Positions 1 to 13,249 of a stretch of DNA of 64,000 nucleotides are shown in pieces (the stretch's first letter is position 1; each line of letters begins with the position of its first letter). The translations under genes and the position numbers were made by a program. Where the stretch lies: the NCBI GenBank assembly GCA_907165135.1, contig OU015568.1:10788001-10852000 (forward strand), written 5' to 3'. This DNA comes from Oikopleura dioica (taxonomy: Eukaryota > Animalia > Chordata). The notes under the pieces were generated by a model. The model ran no database searches, was not told the DNA's origin, and saw only the letters and a program-made list of their open reading frames with translations.

Positions 1-1
1 G

Positions 2-1096
2 AGAAAATCAAGGCATGAAATTGAGGAACAGCACAAAGCGGAGCTCTTGGAAATGCAAGAAAATCATGAAAAACAGAAGCGCCAAATATTGAAGTCGCAA
101 GAAAATGAAATCAAACGACTTGAAAGCAATCATCTTGATCACGTTTCAGCTTTGCACAAGTCTTTTGAGGATCGACTAGAAGCGGTAAAAATAACAATTT
201 ATTCTTTATAATTCTTATTTGATTTCAGACAAAAACAAACTTGGAAGACAAGCGCAGAGAATTTGACCGACGAGTAGAAAAATGGGAGGCCGACCACAGC
301 ACCCGAACAATGGCTTGGGCGTCGAGAAATTTAGAAAGAAAAAATGAGCATGAGCGGCAGACTCTTCAGGTTTCTATTAATCGACAGCCGGAAGTCTCGG
401 ACATGCCTCAGAACACGATGAATACTTCCAAAGAAAGCCACGGCTCAGGTACCTATTGAAATCATCGATGATCAATCATCTAACTAATTATAAGATCAAC
501 CATTGACAACAAAGGAGCTTGACGAAACAGCAAAAAGTCAAACTGGCCAGAAGAGCAGAATGCCCGAGCAGGATGAATCGAGCGACCGACCGGCGTCTTT
601 GAGACTTCAAGAATATCTTAAATCGCTCGAAGAAAAGATAAACTCGTTCCAAGCACTAAGTAGATCTTCCGAGCCTGATTTTACATCAACGAGAAAGCCA
701 AAAGCCCCTGAGAGTAGGTTCTATTCTTCAAATGATGTCTACAGCTCTGAGGTAAGACAACATTGAACAACCAGCGCTCACGAGTATTTCTAGCGCTGGC
801 GATCGTATTTTGGTGAAGACTACAAATACATTCCTGCTAAGAGTATCCTCAACGACAGAATTATGAACGACTACAAGTATGTTAACTGCCCTCTTCTTTA
901 TCTTAAGCCTTTTTCAGAACGAAAAATCTCCGACGACATCCATTTTCTACCTCCCATTGATTCAACCAAGCTCCTCTTTCAAGCTCCTAACGACTCCCTC
1001 AATTTATTCGCTCTTCCGAATCAAATTCCGATGCTGTACAAAAATATTTTCTTTTATACTTCTGTAATTAATTCTTTCTTTTTCTTATTTTATTAA
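2..1096 (+). CDS. 3' part of a spliced coiled-coil protein gene (5' end outside window; stop position approximate)
   Basis: Frame from position 2 reads RKSRHEIEEQHKAELLEMQENHEKQKRQILK..., with a GT-AG intron at about 185-229 joining in frame to ORF 241-459. Further short exons follow to about 1070-1096. Heptad-like E/K/Q/L composition; no family recognised. Confidence 0.55.
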
Positions 1097-1158
1097 AAAG
1101 TTTTATTTTTCAACTCGTGGTATCAACATAATTCCTTGTAGAGAGTAACACTCGTTAA

Positions 1159-2136
1159 ATGAACATGTGGAGAAAATTTTTGTTGCTTTCGATATCGGCG
1201 CTCGCTTTCGTTGCAGGCCAGGAAGTAGTCGATTCTGAAAGTAGTGAAGCCTCTGATAGTAGCTTGTCAGACGACTTGAAGCTGAAGATTGGAGAAGTCC
1301 CAGAGTAAGCCGATTCTCTCTGACCCTTTTTTATTCTCATTTAGACTCGGCTTCAACCATGGTTTCCTCTCCTCCCTCTCAGTCATTCTCGTTTCCGAAA
1401 TCGGCGACAAAACATTCTTCATCGCGGCTATTATGGCGATGAAGTACAGTAGGCTTACAATCTTCTCGGGTGCCATTCTCGCTCTTGCAACGATGACAGT
1501 CATGTCTGTTTTCATGGGCGCACTTACGACGATCATTCCAAGATACATTACTTTTTACGTCTCTACTGGACTATTCGGTATGCAAGCTATCTATTTTTGA
1601 TTTTAACCTGCATTTCAAGCTATTTTCGGGCTGAAAATGCTCAAAGAAGGCATCGATATGAAGCCTGACGCGGGACTTGAGGAAATGGAAGAAGTCCAGC
1701 AAGAGTTGAAAGAAAAAGACGAGGAGCGAGAGCGAAAATCCGGCGATATTGAGTCCCAAGGCCCTGTTCGAGCTTCTACGAAGCTTAGAAATTGCTTTTC
1801 TGCGGTTTTTCTTCAAGGTAATTTTTCATGAAAGCTCTTGAGCAACATGTTTTAGCGTTCACAATGACCTTTCTTGCCGAGTGGGGCGATCGAAGTCAAT
1901 TGACAACGATTATCCTTGGCGCTCGCGAAGACATCCTCGGCGTGATCGTCGGCGGCATCCTCGGCCATTCAATTTGCACTGGAATGGCAGTTGTTGGAGG
2001 CCGTCTCATTGCTACAAAAATTTCTGTTCGAACTGTCACCATCATCGGCGGCGTCGTTTTCCTTATTTTTGCCCTTTCCGCGGTCGCGTTCCAAGACATG
2101 GACGAGCTCGAGCTTCCCTCCGATGCCTCTCCATGA
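1159..2136 (+). CDS. TMEM165: TMEM165/GDT1 family Golgi Ca2+/Mn2+ transporter
   Basis: Signal peptide MNMWRKFLLLSISALAF. Both family motifs are present: VSEIGDKTFFIAAIMAM and FLAEWGDRSQLTTIIL. Three canonical GT-AG introns. Confidence 0.95.
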
Positions 2137-2633
2137 GCTTAATTTATTATCTTCTGTTTTGTTTACCTAACAGCAGTTGTTTACGTGTATTCTGCAAATA
2201 GTTTTAACAATATGCTACCTTTTGCCTACTGGTGCGCAAGCAATAAAGTTATAAGAAAACCACCATTTTAATGGTATCTCTATCTCAATCGTTAGAATCA
2301 AATCATGTCCTCACTTCAAGATGCGAAATTATCGCAACGATAGCAAACTACCTATTATAATCAATAAATATCTAACCAGTTGTTGCTTTATGGACTATTT
2401 ATAAATATTGATCACAAAACTTTATCTGCTCAGACAAATGGCTGATACTCGCCAAGAAGCACCTTTATTATATATTCTTTCCTGAACTTCTGTGCAATAA
2501 ACCCTCCTCGATTTTTAATACTTATTTTCTTCCTATTCGTTTTCATTATATATATTTATCTCATCCCTCGCAAATTTCGTATTAAATAAATCAGAACTCC
2601 AAAAAGTCGACTTTTGAATATACGTTCTCAGAC

Positions 2634-5600
2634 ATGAAAACGCGTTTCACAGTTCTCGACATAAAAGCAGCGTTGGCCGAAATTCGGGCGAATTTATTGC
2701 ATCACTATGTTCTGAATATCTACGACATAGATGCGAAAACATATCTGTTGAAATTACGAAAATGCGCTTCAAAGCATGTTCTTCTCTTCGAGTCTGGGAC
2801 CCGTGTTCATCCTACGGAAATGGAGTGGCCCAAGAACACAGCTCCTTCGGGATTTAGTATGAAGCTGAGGAAGCATTTGAAGGGGAAACGGTTGATAAAT
2901 GCTAGTCAACTTGGTTTCGATCGAATCATCGACCTTCAATTTGGAACATCAGCTTGTTTGGACGAGTATCATCTGATCATTGAGCTCTACGATCGTGGAA
3001 ACATCATTCTTTGTGACCAAGACTACACTATTCTGAATCTACTCCGAGCTAGAACAGACAAAGCTACGGACGAGAGATTTGCTGTCCGGGAAACATATCC
3101 AGTTGCACAGGCTCAGCCTTTGAAAGAGCCGTATCTATCTGTTGAAGAGCTCCAGGAAAACGTCAAGCCATCTCAAGTCCAAGGGAACAAGAAGAAAAAT
3201 AAGAACTTTACAATCGCCAAGCAGCTTAATTCAAGTCTAGGTTATGGAACTGATGTCATAGAACACTTCCTGATCGAACAGGGCCTTGACGTGGCCACAG
3301 CATCTGTTGTGCAAGACCCTGATGAGATTCTCGAATGCTTACAGAGCTGCTACGACTTTTTGAATTCCAACAAAACGAATTTCCAAGGCTACATATCGAC
3401 CAAAACCGCCGACAACGTCCTCCAATATGTCGATTATCAGCCCTTTCTCTTCCATCAGTCTCAATCAGATAGTACCATTGAGCTTGAAAGATTCTCCCTT
3501 GCTGTTGATAAATTCTATGGCGAAATACAGTCGCAAAAGGCAGAACAAAAGATGGTCCAAGCAGAAAAGGCCGCAATGAAAAAGCTAGAAAATGTAAAGC
3601 TGGATCACATGAAGCGTCTCGAATCACTTAAACTCGCACAAGCCGATAATGTGAGAAAGGCGCAGCTAATTGAGATGAATTTGGAGCTCGTTGATTCCGC
3701 CCTAAATCAAGTGCGCTCGGCGCTCGCTTCTCAAATTGGCTGGGAAGAGATCGAGGAATTCCTCGAGGAGGGGCAGGATGAAGGCTCGAGTTTGAAATTG
3801 TATGTTATTTGAAATAATTTATTTCCTCGTCTCACATGAAGAAAAAATTATTCAAACTTGAAAAGGCGATCCGGTCTCCATCGCGATTAGAGAGCTCAAA
3901 CTAAAGACAAATCAGATTGTGATGATGTTGAGCGAGCCTGATTACGATGACTCCGACTCGAGCTCAGAGGACGAGGACGGTAGCCAGAGCGAATACAACA
4001 AATCTGCGCGTGTTACGGACGGCTCAGATAAAATAATTAAAATAGCGATTTCGTCGACGCCGGTTCGTCTAGCCTCAAACAATTCTAATTCTCAGAGCGA
4101 TTGAATTGATAATAATTACTGCGGCGCCTCTGGGTCTTTCTTATTTTATTTTTATAGCTCATGTTGAAAAATTATAACTTCGTAATCTCCAGTTTACAAC
4201 TACGTCCTGAAGGAATAATTATACGCTTTGAATCCAGTTTTAGAGGAGGATTCATTTTTTTTTCTAAATTGCCTCGTCACAATGACGTTGTGTATAAACC
4301 GTTAATGTTTCCATCGTTATCGTAAATCTGTTATATTTTGGTCATTAATTACGTTGAGAAACTTTCGATATTTGCGTTTACGACATTTGTTTAAACAAAT
4401 ATGTCTGGAACTTCCTCAAAGTCTCCTTTTTTTGCTTCTTATGATTTATTTCTTGGCCACGAGCTGTCTGAGCCATCAATAGCCTTGACCTGTCTCTATC
4501 CGCGTTTGGCAATGCGAAAGCATTTTACGATTCTAAACGCGCCGCTGCTGACAAAGAGTCAAAAACCATTGACGCTAGTAAAAAGGCTTTGAAATCAGCC
4601 GAAAAGAAGACTAATGAAAGTCTCAAAAATATACAGACTGTTCGTCAAGTAAGTAGTTTTTTTACAAGAGCAAAAATTTTTGATGATATTGTGTAGGTCA
4701 CGAAAGTGCGCAAACAAATGTGGTTCGAGAAGTTTTTCTGGTTCATTTCAAGTGAGAATTACTTGGTTATTGCCGGCAAGGACGCTCAACAAAACGAGAC
4801 CATTGTCAAGAAATACTTGAAAAACGGCGATGTCTACGTTCACGCTGATATTCACGGTGCATCATCGTGCATTGGTAAGAATATGTTTCACTCTCCTTTA
4901 TTGTTTTAATTTCATGGAAAAAGTTCTCGTGCTTTGTTTTCAAATATTTATCCAAGGGAGGGCGAAGTATTCACATGTGTGCTGAATAGCTCTACTTCGG
5001 TTTTACTCGTTTACAAAAGATTTTTTTCAGTGAAAAATATTGACCCTTCCAAGCCGGTTTCGCCGGTAACGCTTCACGAAGTCGGACATGCCGCGGTCTG
5101 CCATTCGGCAGCGTGGAATGCAAAGGTACTCACCTCAGCATGGTGGGTACATGCCAATCAAGTGTCCAAAACGGCGCCGTCGGGGGGAGTACTTGACCAC
5201 TGGTAGTTTTATGATCAGAGGCAAGAAGAATTATTTGCCACCGAGTCAGCTCGTCCTCGGCTTTGGTTTCCTTTTCAAGCTCGATGATGCTTCTGTTGCT
5301 AGACATGCCGGCGAGCGGAGGATAAAAGGCCAAGCGAATGAAGTCGAAGAAGATGATATATCAGACCTTGTTGAAATCAAGGAAGAGAACGAAACCGAGC
5401 CCAAGTTAGAAGGCGAGAGTGATGGAGAATCTGACGGGAGGTATTAAATATTACTTTCCCGGCGCGTCCTAATAAGCGTTTTTATTAATCGCTCACAATA
5501 GATTTAGTGACGAAAAATCAGAAGCTCTCCAATTCCCGGATACAAAGATCGACATCAAGTATAATGTGGAGGAAGAAGTTGAAGAAATCGTCAATGTCGG

Positions 5601-6427
5601 TAAAGGTGCCGGAAAGCGAGAGAAGACCAAAGAGGAAAAGAAAGGTCGAGCGAAGCCAGCTTGGCAGTTGGAACATGAACAACAGAGAGCTGAAAAAGAT
5701 AAATTCCGGAAAAAGAGAGGCAAAGCTGGAAAAGAAAAGAAAATGAAGCAAAAATATGGCGACCAGGATGAAGAAGATCGTGCTGCGATGATGGAATTCC
5801 TCGGTAGCGCAGGGGCGAAAAAACAATCAAAGAAATTCCAACGAGCGGAAAAGCGTGAGTTGAAGAAAGGTGGAGGTGCTCGTGGACAGAAAAAGGGGCC
5901 AAAAGAAAAGAAGGCCAACACTTTTGAGCGAGCAAACGAAGAACTGCCACCGCCTGAAGTGCTTCCGGAAGATCCAGATTGTAAAGCGGAAATGGTCATT
6001 GAGCAAATGAAAGAAGACGCGGACGAAGAGGAGATTACCAAGATGCTCGAAGAGGAAGGCTTTGTCGATGATGATGATATATCGATGCTCGACCAGCTCA
6101 CGGGCAAGCCAACAGAAGAGGATTTAGTCCACTACGCCGTTCCAGTTGTGGCACCTTTGTCGAGTTTGCGCGACTACAAGGTACTTATTGTTTAAAGGTT
6201 AAAACTGTAATCATTCATTTCAGTATCATATCAAATTCGTCCCGGGAACAGGCAAGAAAGGAAAATCGGCGAAACAGGCGGTTAGTATTTTCTGTGGGAA
6301 AAAGGAAGCGCGCCAGGTAGAGATCGACTTAATGAGGGCAGTAAAGGATGAAGACATGACCCACAACATGCCCGGAAAACTGAAACTCGCTGGACAGCAA
6401 GTGCAAATGTACAAAAAGAAACACTAA
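2634..6427 (+). CDS. NEMF: NEMF/Rqc2 ribosome quality-control factor
   Basis: N-terminus [12 protein letters not shown], then [73 protein letters not shown] and C-terminal [10 protein letters not shown]...[16 protein letters not shown]. Introns include GC-AG 3784-3865 and GG-AG 4017-4482. One extra G in a G-run near 5185 shifts the frame. Confidence 0.95.
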
Positions 6428-6557
6428 TGCTGCTTATCTATTTCATTTGCCTCTTCAAGTCACTCACTTCAAAGTTCTGTCGGTTCAAAGCTTTACAATA
6501 GGATAAATAAGTGATTCACAAAGTATTACCTATTTTATTTTTTCAGAGCATGGCTTT

Positions 6558-9500
6558 ATGAATGAATCGTTGAAAGGTTTAGCCGTGCCGGGCGTTCAAC
6601 GGCGCCCTAAATCGGCAAATATAGACTCGGACACACACTTGGGATACCAACAGCTAACAGTTATAATCAGGAAAAGTTCAAAATCTATTCTCATGTAATG
6701 TTCAAAAGGCTCAAAAAGGAACTTTCATCAGACGCGATAAAATTGGCTTCGGATTAACATTTGACGGGAATGGAGAAATAAAATCTGTAAGTAGTCCCTT
6801 TTTTCTCTCCTTTAATTGCGCCCAAAATCAACGATCTTTTCTGACACTGCCAGAAATACGCAGTAATTTAAGCAGATCTTGAAATACAGTTTTGATCAAG
6901 CGCAATGACCTGAAATGATCAGTGCATCTCTAATCGATTCTTACAAATCGCCCATTCGCAGAATACTAAGACTCCTTTTTATAAAATTATTCTTCCAATG
7001 CTTCGAAAGCTTTTGCTAGGAAATAACGACAAAACTAGAGATACTTATGGGAGAAGAAAAGAAGAGTCAAGTCATGTTCATATTTTTTTTTAATTTAAGT
7101 TTTCATCAAATATTGGTCGGGCCAATTTGGTCCATTCTAATTAAAAACATCATGAAAGGAATAAAAGATTCCGAAGACGATCTCTAGCGGGACTTCTGCC
7201 TCAACAGAATTCCAATTTCCTGGACGTACAAAATATCTCGTCTAGTGAAAGTAATCTTCGTCGGACTGCGACGGGATACTAATGATTTGTTCGAACATTT
7301 TTTGTTTATTCTGAGCAACTGACAGGGGATTATGTCTAAGTGAGCCTTTTTGTTGTTTTGCGCGGCGCGTTCCCCCGTCGGATAAGTTGAACGGCTTTGA
7401 TGAGCTCCCTCCCAGTCCAAATTAAGAGACAATGAAGCCCAGACGAAGATCGCTAGTGAATATCGAATATTTTCGGCAGAATGCGATGGAATCGTTTTTA
7501 AAATCAGTGAATAGATCTAATTCTAATTCATCGGGTACTCAATCGAGATTGGTGCGGCGGCGATGTACGATTTCTGAAATTAAATTTGATAAAGAGGTCG
7601 TCGATTGATTCTGAAATAACGAAAGGAAATAACCTGCATTATTATTACTTTTTAGATCGAGCCAGATTCACCAGCAGACCGAGAAGACATCCGAGTTGGA
7701 GATCGGCTTGTCCGGGCCAATGGTGTTCGTTTGGATCAGCTACCTCATCGTGAGGTGCAGCGGGTTCTGCAGGACTCTCGCGGTCACACGGAGCTAGTCC
7801 TGCTGCGCAGAACGAAGAGCATGGATTCCCGAGACTTGCGGCACGATATATCCGGTCCCTCGCATAATGCTGGTCATAGCCTGATAGAAAAGAAGCAGAG
7901 AGAACTTTTCCTCGTCGGTGCTATCGAGTGAGTCTTTTTCTTCAATCTGGCACTAGTCCAGTTAGTTTTTATGTAAAATTCATAACGTTAATCCGCCCAT
8001 TTCAGAAAGGAGAAGGAAGCACGCGCCTTTTTGTTGTCCAAATTGGCCGATTGCACTGACGATGAGTCGAGAGCGCGGGTGAATAGGGAATATAAGGAGA
8101 GCGAGACAAAAGAAGATCAGTATCGCCGCCAGTTATTATCCCTCGGTGCCGCCTCTGAAGGCCATGGTCTGAAAACACTCTCATTATCCCAATCGTTTGG
8201 GCTTATCCTCTACTTGTTCCATAGAAATGCGCTCAATAAACTTCTTTATCGCGAGCTATACGACTTGATGCTTGCCGCCAAGAAGGAAAAGGTCGATGGG
8301 CTGATCGATGTAAGTAATTTGTTAATTTAGCTGAGATAGCTTCCGGATTATCGAGAAACGAATACTTATCGGATTCCTAGCGTATCTACCGCGACTGTCT
8401 GAGCAAGGAGGGTGGGATCACTCTCTACGAGACTGAGCAAAGCTCAGACGAAGTAGAAGGCGGCGACACTTATTCAAGAGACATTGAAGAAGCCCAGCAC
8501 GCGATCGAAGAATACAAATCTCGAGATGACTTGGATCCGAAAATCGCACTTGAAAATTTGAGGAGCCGGGTCGACCAAGAGGTCCAAAACTATTTCGAAG
8601 AGTTTGAAGGTTAAATGTTGTCAGTCGATCAATTCCTTATTTTTGCTTTTAAGATCATCTTCAGGAAGAAAAGATCAAAAACCCAGGAATGAAGCAACCA
8701 GAAAATGACGAGATTTTAAAACTTGACGATGACTTCATGCAGTACATTCAAAACCCAACACCTCAAGCAGAAGCTACTATTCAAGTTCTGTGGGAAGTAC
8801 TTAGAGACAAGCTTCCGAAAAACTCCGTTATCACCAGAGAGGCAAAAAAGCGACGAACAACGTCGATGTTTATTCCGAATATGTCAAACATGTCGCGTTC
8901 CTTCTCATCAATATCAACTGCAAAGGAGTCAATAAAATCTCTCTTCTCAGAAACAAGAAAAGCACGAGACAAATCCGCCAGTTTCCACGTGACCTCGCCG
9001 CTGATGGAAACACCAACCGTCGAAACACCTTCTAGGCCCCTGTCGATGGATCAAGAATCAATCGAACAGGCGGAAGAACCAGAAATAGAAATAACACCGG
9101 AGTTTCAAATTCTACCTCTTGTTCCTTGGATTCACGATGTGAAACAGACGCATCCTGATTTTGATTTGTCATCTGTGTCAAAGGAAGAGCAAGGAAGACA
9201 AATGGTTATTCACGAGCTCATTAATGTGCATCACAACGCATCTGCGAAAGTCACCTTTATCAAAGAAATCTTTAAGGTAACTCTTCTTTTTTATCTCCTA
9301 CTCACATTTGCTTCTAGCCAAAAGTTCTTGAATTGACACCTCTCAAAGAGGGTGATGCAGTCTGCGAGAGTATCTTTCGAAATATACACGAGGCGAAGGA
9401 TTTCTTCGACGATCTAAGGGACCAGCTTGAAGCTAGAAAAGAAGAAGACGGCGCATGCATCCGCGGATTGGGCGACATTCTCTTCGCATTTTTCGACCTG

Positions 9501-10880
9501 GATTGTGAGCACGGCAAAAAGTTTCAAAGCGCCATGTCCAACTGGGTCTCGCGTGACTCTGAGTTTCTCAACTCGATGGACAAAATGAAGGGCATGAGCG
9601 GGCCAGATAATGACGATCCACTAGGCTTCTTCAGAGCGATATCATCAGCAGAGGCCGATCCAAGGTTGAATCGCCTCAAGTTCGGAGATATTATGATGGT
9701 GATCTTTCAAACACTGCCGAGATATCCGATGCTGCTCGCTCAACTACTCAAGTACACTGAAAAAGGTCCGCTCTAAAAGTTTTTCAATCGAGTCCAAAAG
9801 AATTTTAGTGGGAGAGGAGCTCCATGAAGAAAAGCAACTCTTGAACAAAGCTCAAAACGCAATCCAGCTTACGGTCGCTGAAATCAACAAACGCGCCGGC
9901 GAAGAGCAACTCTTATCTCGAATCAACCAAATTCTTCAATACCAAAACGTCGGCGACTTCCGCAAATATGTCGCGAAAATTAAGGACGACGACAGAGACA
10001 ACATCGTTTTGAAAAATTTCGGAGAACTGAAGCATCACTTGGATATCCATCAAATCATCAAATATGGCGATTGTAAGGTGCAGGCTATGCTTACCAGACC
10101 GGGGAAGAAGCCTGCTGATTCTGATGCAATGTATTTTTTACTCAACGAGTGGCTCGTTTTCTTCATTCAAAATAAAAAGGTAGCGTCATTGAATTGAATG
10201 TCCAAACTTATCACGACTTTAGTTGTTTTCGATATTAAAAATGGACCGTACTTTCTTCGTGTTTCCGATCAAAGATGTCCACATTCGCCAAGATCAAACG
10301 AACAAAAACTCAGTTTTCCTCCTTCATCTTCAAGGACTCCAGTACAAGCTCCAACTTCCATCATCCGACGATGCTTCTGACCTAGAGCTTACATTCAAGG
10401 CGCAAAAGGCTCTCATCGTTCCACCTGATACACCTCGTATCGCGGCATCACAAAGAATAAGTGGTGGAAAAGTTCAAGATCTTGAAAATGACGAAGAAGA
10501 GGAGGAAGATTCCGAGTCGTTGAGAGAAGCGGAGCAAGATGCTGTTCCGATTAATATTTCGCATCGACTTGATTCTGGTCCCCCTGAGCCGCCTCCAAGA
10601 AGAAATAGAGGAGGACAAGGTCAGAATAGCTCCGCTCACGAAGTTTCTTCCCCACTTACTTCCGATGCAGAAGGTAACTAACATCCTTTGCCCCAGAATT
10701 AAAAGTTCTTTAGAACAAGAAGAAGAGGAAAGCAGCTCACGGATACCTAGCAGATCGTCTCGCGCTAGAACGACCATCCGGCGGCCTACAACGCCAACTC
10801 AAGACGATTTTAATGAACCTTCAAAAACCGACTTGCTCGAAGAGCATCACGATGCAATAGAGAACATTCTCCCCACCTAA
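6558..10880 (+). CDS. ARHGEF12: PDZ-RGS-DH-PH RhoGEF (LARG / PDZ-RhoGEF-like)
   Basis: Spliced PDZ: LTVIIR|RDKIGFGLTFDGNGEIKS|IEPDSPADREDIRVGDRLVRANG. An RGS-like helical region follows, then DH with RQMVIHELI and AEADPRLNRLKFGDIMMVIFQTLPRYPMLLAQLLKYTE, then a PH-like region. First intron 6671-6731 is GA-AG. Paralog assignment (ARHGEF11 vs 12) is uncertain. Confidence 0.85.
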
Positions 10881-11717
10881 AAGACTCGCAAGAGGCGCTG
10901 GACGCTTTCGAGAGGCTAAAACTTACGTTTCTACATATGCGAAATTCATTTCAATAACATTATTCTTCTTTTCACTTATTTACGTTTATCTCTATTTACG
11001 ATCTTTTAAGTTTATGAAAAACTTTTCATATTTTTAAGTTATTTATTCCTACTGACCATTCTCTCCCTCCTTATTCTATTCTGCGAAAGTAAAAACCAAA
11101 GTTCCAAAAATACAAAAAATGTACAAATGTCGACTTTTCGAAAATACAAAAAAACTCAACAATTCTTTTTCTTCAACTGTTTCTTTTCTGCATGATAATC
11201 TAGTTCAAACACAAGGCCAAAGATATAAACAAATGAGTAAACGAAATAAAAATGTTCTCTTCTATGTTTTCAAGCATTGAAAAAAAGTCTTTGCCAAAGG
11301 AATAATAACAAAAGGTGAACGCAAAGAAAAATAAAAAAACTAGTGTTTTAAAAATGCCTTCATATTCACTAACAATGCCTCAGAAAAACCATCGAGCTAA
11401 AAACCTAACTATCTTTCTTATCAAAGCTATCTAACGGTTCTTCTATCAAATTTCGATTTTCAGTTATTTCACATTTTTTTCTTATTTGACAATCAGTTTC
11501 GCCAAAGCACCGAATTTTTTAACAAATCACCTTTTAAAAATAACGCCTTATAAAGTTATAATCTCACTACAAGTCAATTTCTAGTTCCTTTGTTTTGTGT
11601 ATCTTGTTGAATCTGCAAGTTCGAAAAAACTTAATCGTCAAAAAAATCTTGAGCCCTGCACTTCAAATCCTCCTTTCGGACTTTTTGTAAATTTTGCGTA
11701 GATTCTAGAGAAGGAAT

Positions 11718-13077
11718 ATGTCCAGGCGGTATGATGCGAAGACAACGACTTTTAGTCCTGAAGGTCGACTGTATCAGGTACTGTAATTTACCAGAGACAT
11801 ATGAAATAATATGAGTTCAAATTTAAGTTTGAGTAAATTAATTTTGCGGTGATGGAAAAGGTTTTGCTTTAATTTTACTTCCTTTTTGCTTGAGAATCCA
11901 TTTCTCGCAGATTTTGAGTTTTGGCCCACGTGCGCAAACGCTGCGCCGTGAAATGCGCTGACCAATGAGAGCGCGCGATCAGGAATTCATTCACTCGGGC
12001 TCTCCAAAAAACTCCTTCCGTAAAATGAATCGATTTTTTAATTCAAGAGATTTTGTCAAGAAATTTCCGTCATGATTTCCGCAAGGTACCGAATTTCAGA
12101 AATAGAGAAAATCATGAACGCACCTGGAATCGATAAAGTGTTTTTTATAGAAAATATTTGATTTCTTAGGTCGAATATGCGATGGAAGCAGTCGGCCAAG
12201 CCGGTACCTGCCTCGGTATTCTCGCTAAGGACGGCATCGTAATCGTGGCGGAGAAAAAGAACCAGCACAAGCTTCTTGACACGAACCCATCTGTCGCTGA
12301 GAAGATTTACAGAATCGATGATCATTTGGCCGTCGGCATCGCTGGCATCACTTCCGATGCCAACGCGCTCATCTCTCAGCTCAGACTTATTGGTAAGGCT
12401 CCTCTTATTCCTTCAATCAATTTATGATCCACTTTCAGCCCAGCAGCACCGTTTGGTCTACCAAAACCCTATGCCAGTTGAGCAGTTAGTCCGTCGAATG
12501 GCTGACAACAAGCAGTACTTTACCATGCACGGAGGTGTTCGACCCTATGGCGTTTCCATTCTCTACTGTGGTTGGGACAAGCATCTTGGCTTCCAGCTCT
12601 ATCAGGTAAATCCTCCCTAGTCTAATTATTCTAAACAGCGAATCCCAGGGTGACCCATCTGGCAACTACGGTGGCTGGAAGGCAACCTGCATTGGCGGAA
12701 GCAGCCAGTCCGCCACCAGCATGCTCGAACAAGACTACGACGAGAGCATGGACTTGGAAAAGGCAATCAACCTCGCCATGAGCATCTTCCTCAAGACTCT
12801 TGACACTCAGACTCTCAAGTAAGGCTCGCTTTGAGGGGTCGTTCGTTTACTTTTTCTAGCGCTGAAAAGATCGAGGTTTCTCTGATCAAACGGGTCAACG
12901 GCACCGTCCAGTACACTGTCATGAAACCAACTGACGTCAACAAATACTGCAAAAAGGCTGAAGAGGAAAAGGTATTTTAAATGTTCTTTCAGGAGCTCTA
13001 ACAACCGTTTTCAGAAAAAGAAGGCCGAGGAGGAAGAGAAAAAGAGAAAGGAAAAAGCCGCCTCGTCCAAGAAGTAA
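11718..13077 (+). CDS. PSMA4: 20S proteasome subunit alpha type-4 (alpha3)
   Basis: [20 protein letters not shown]|[22 protein letters not shown]...GITSDAN...[25 protein letters not shown]|[16 protein letters not shown]. Five canonical introns. Confidence 0.95.
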
Positions 13078-13249
13078 ACTGCCTAGCTGTACTTTTTTGT
13101 TCCGGTCTGTTCAGAAATTTATTATTGCTTTCGGGCCTTCACAGAGCAATTATCTTACATGTGTTCACTGATACATTTTTCGTAACTCACTAGTTTCTCT
13201 TTCTTTCAATTCTCGTTTTTAGAACTCGTAACCGGCTCTATAAATCAAC

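Noticed and set aside
5180-5190. Programmed frameshifting or pseudogenisation of NEMF, PRIM2 and CDC25
   Set aside because: The 1-nt indels lie in homopolymer runs across several essential genes, which is typical of long-read consensus error.
5493-6107. Antisense ORFs (poly-Ser/Phe) opposite NEMF, and similar long antisense ORFs elsewhere
   Set aside because: They are mirror frames of K/E-rich coding exons with no independent signal.
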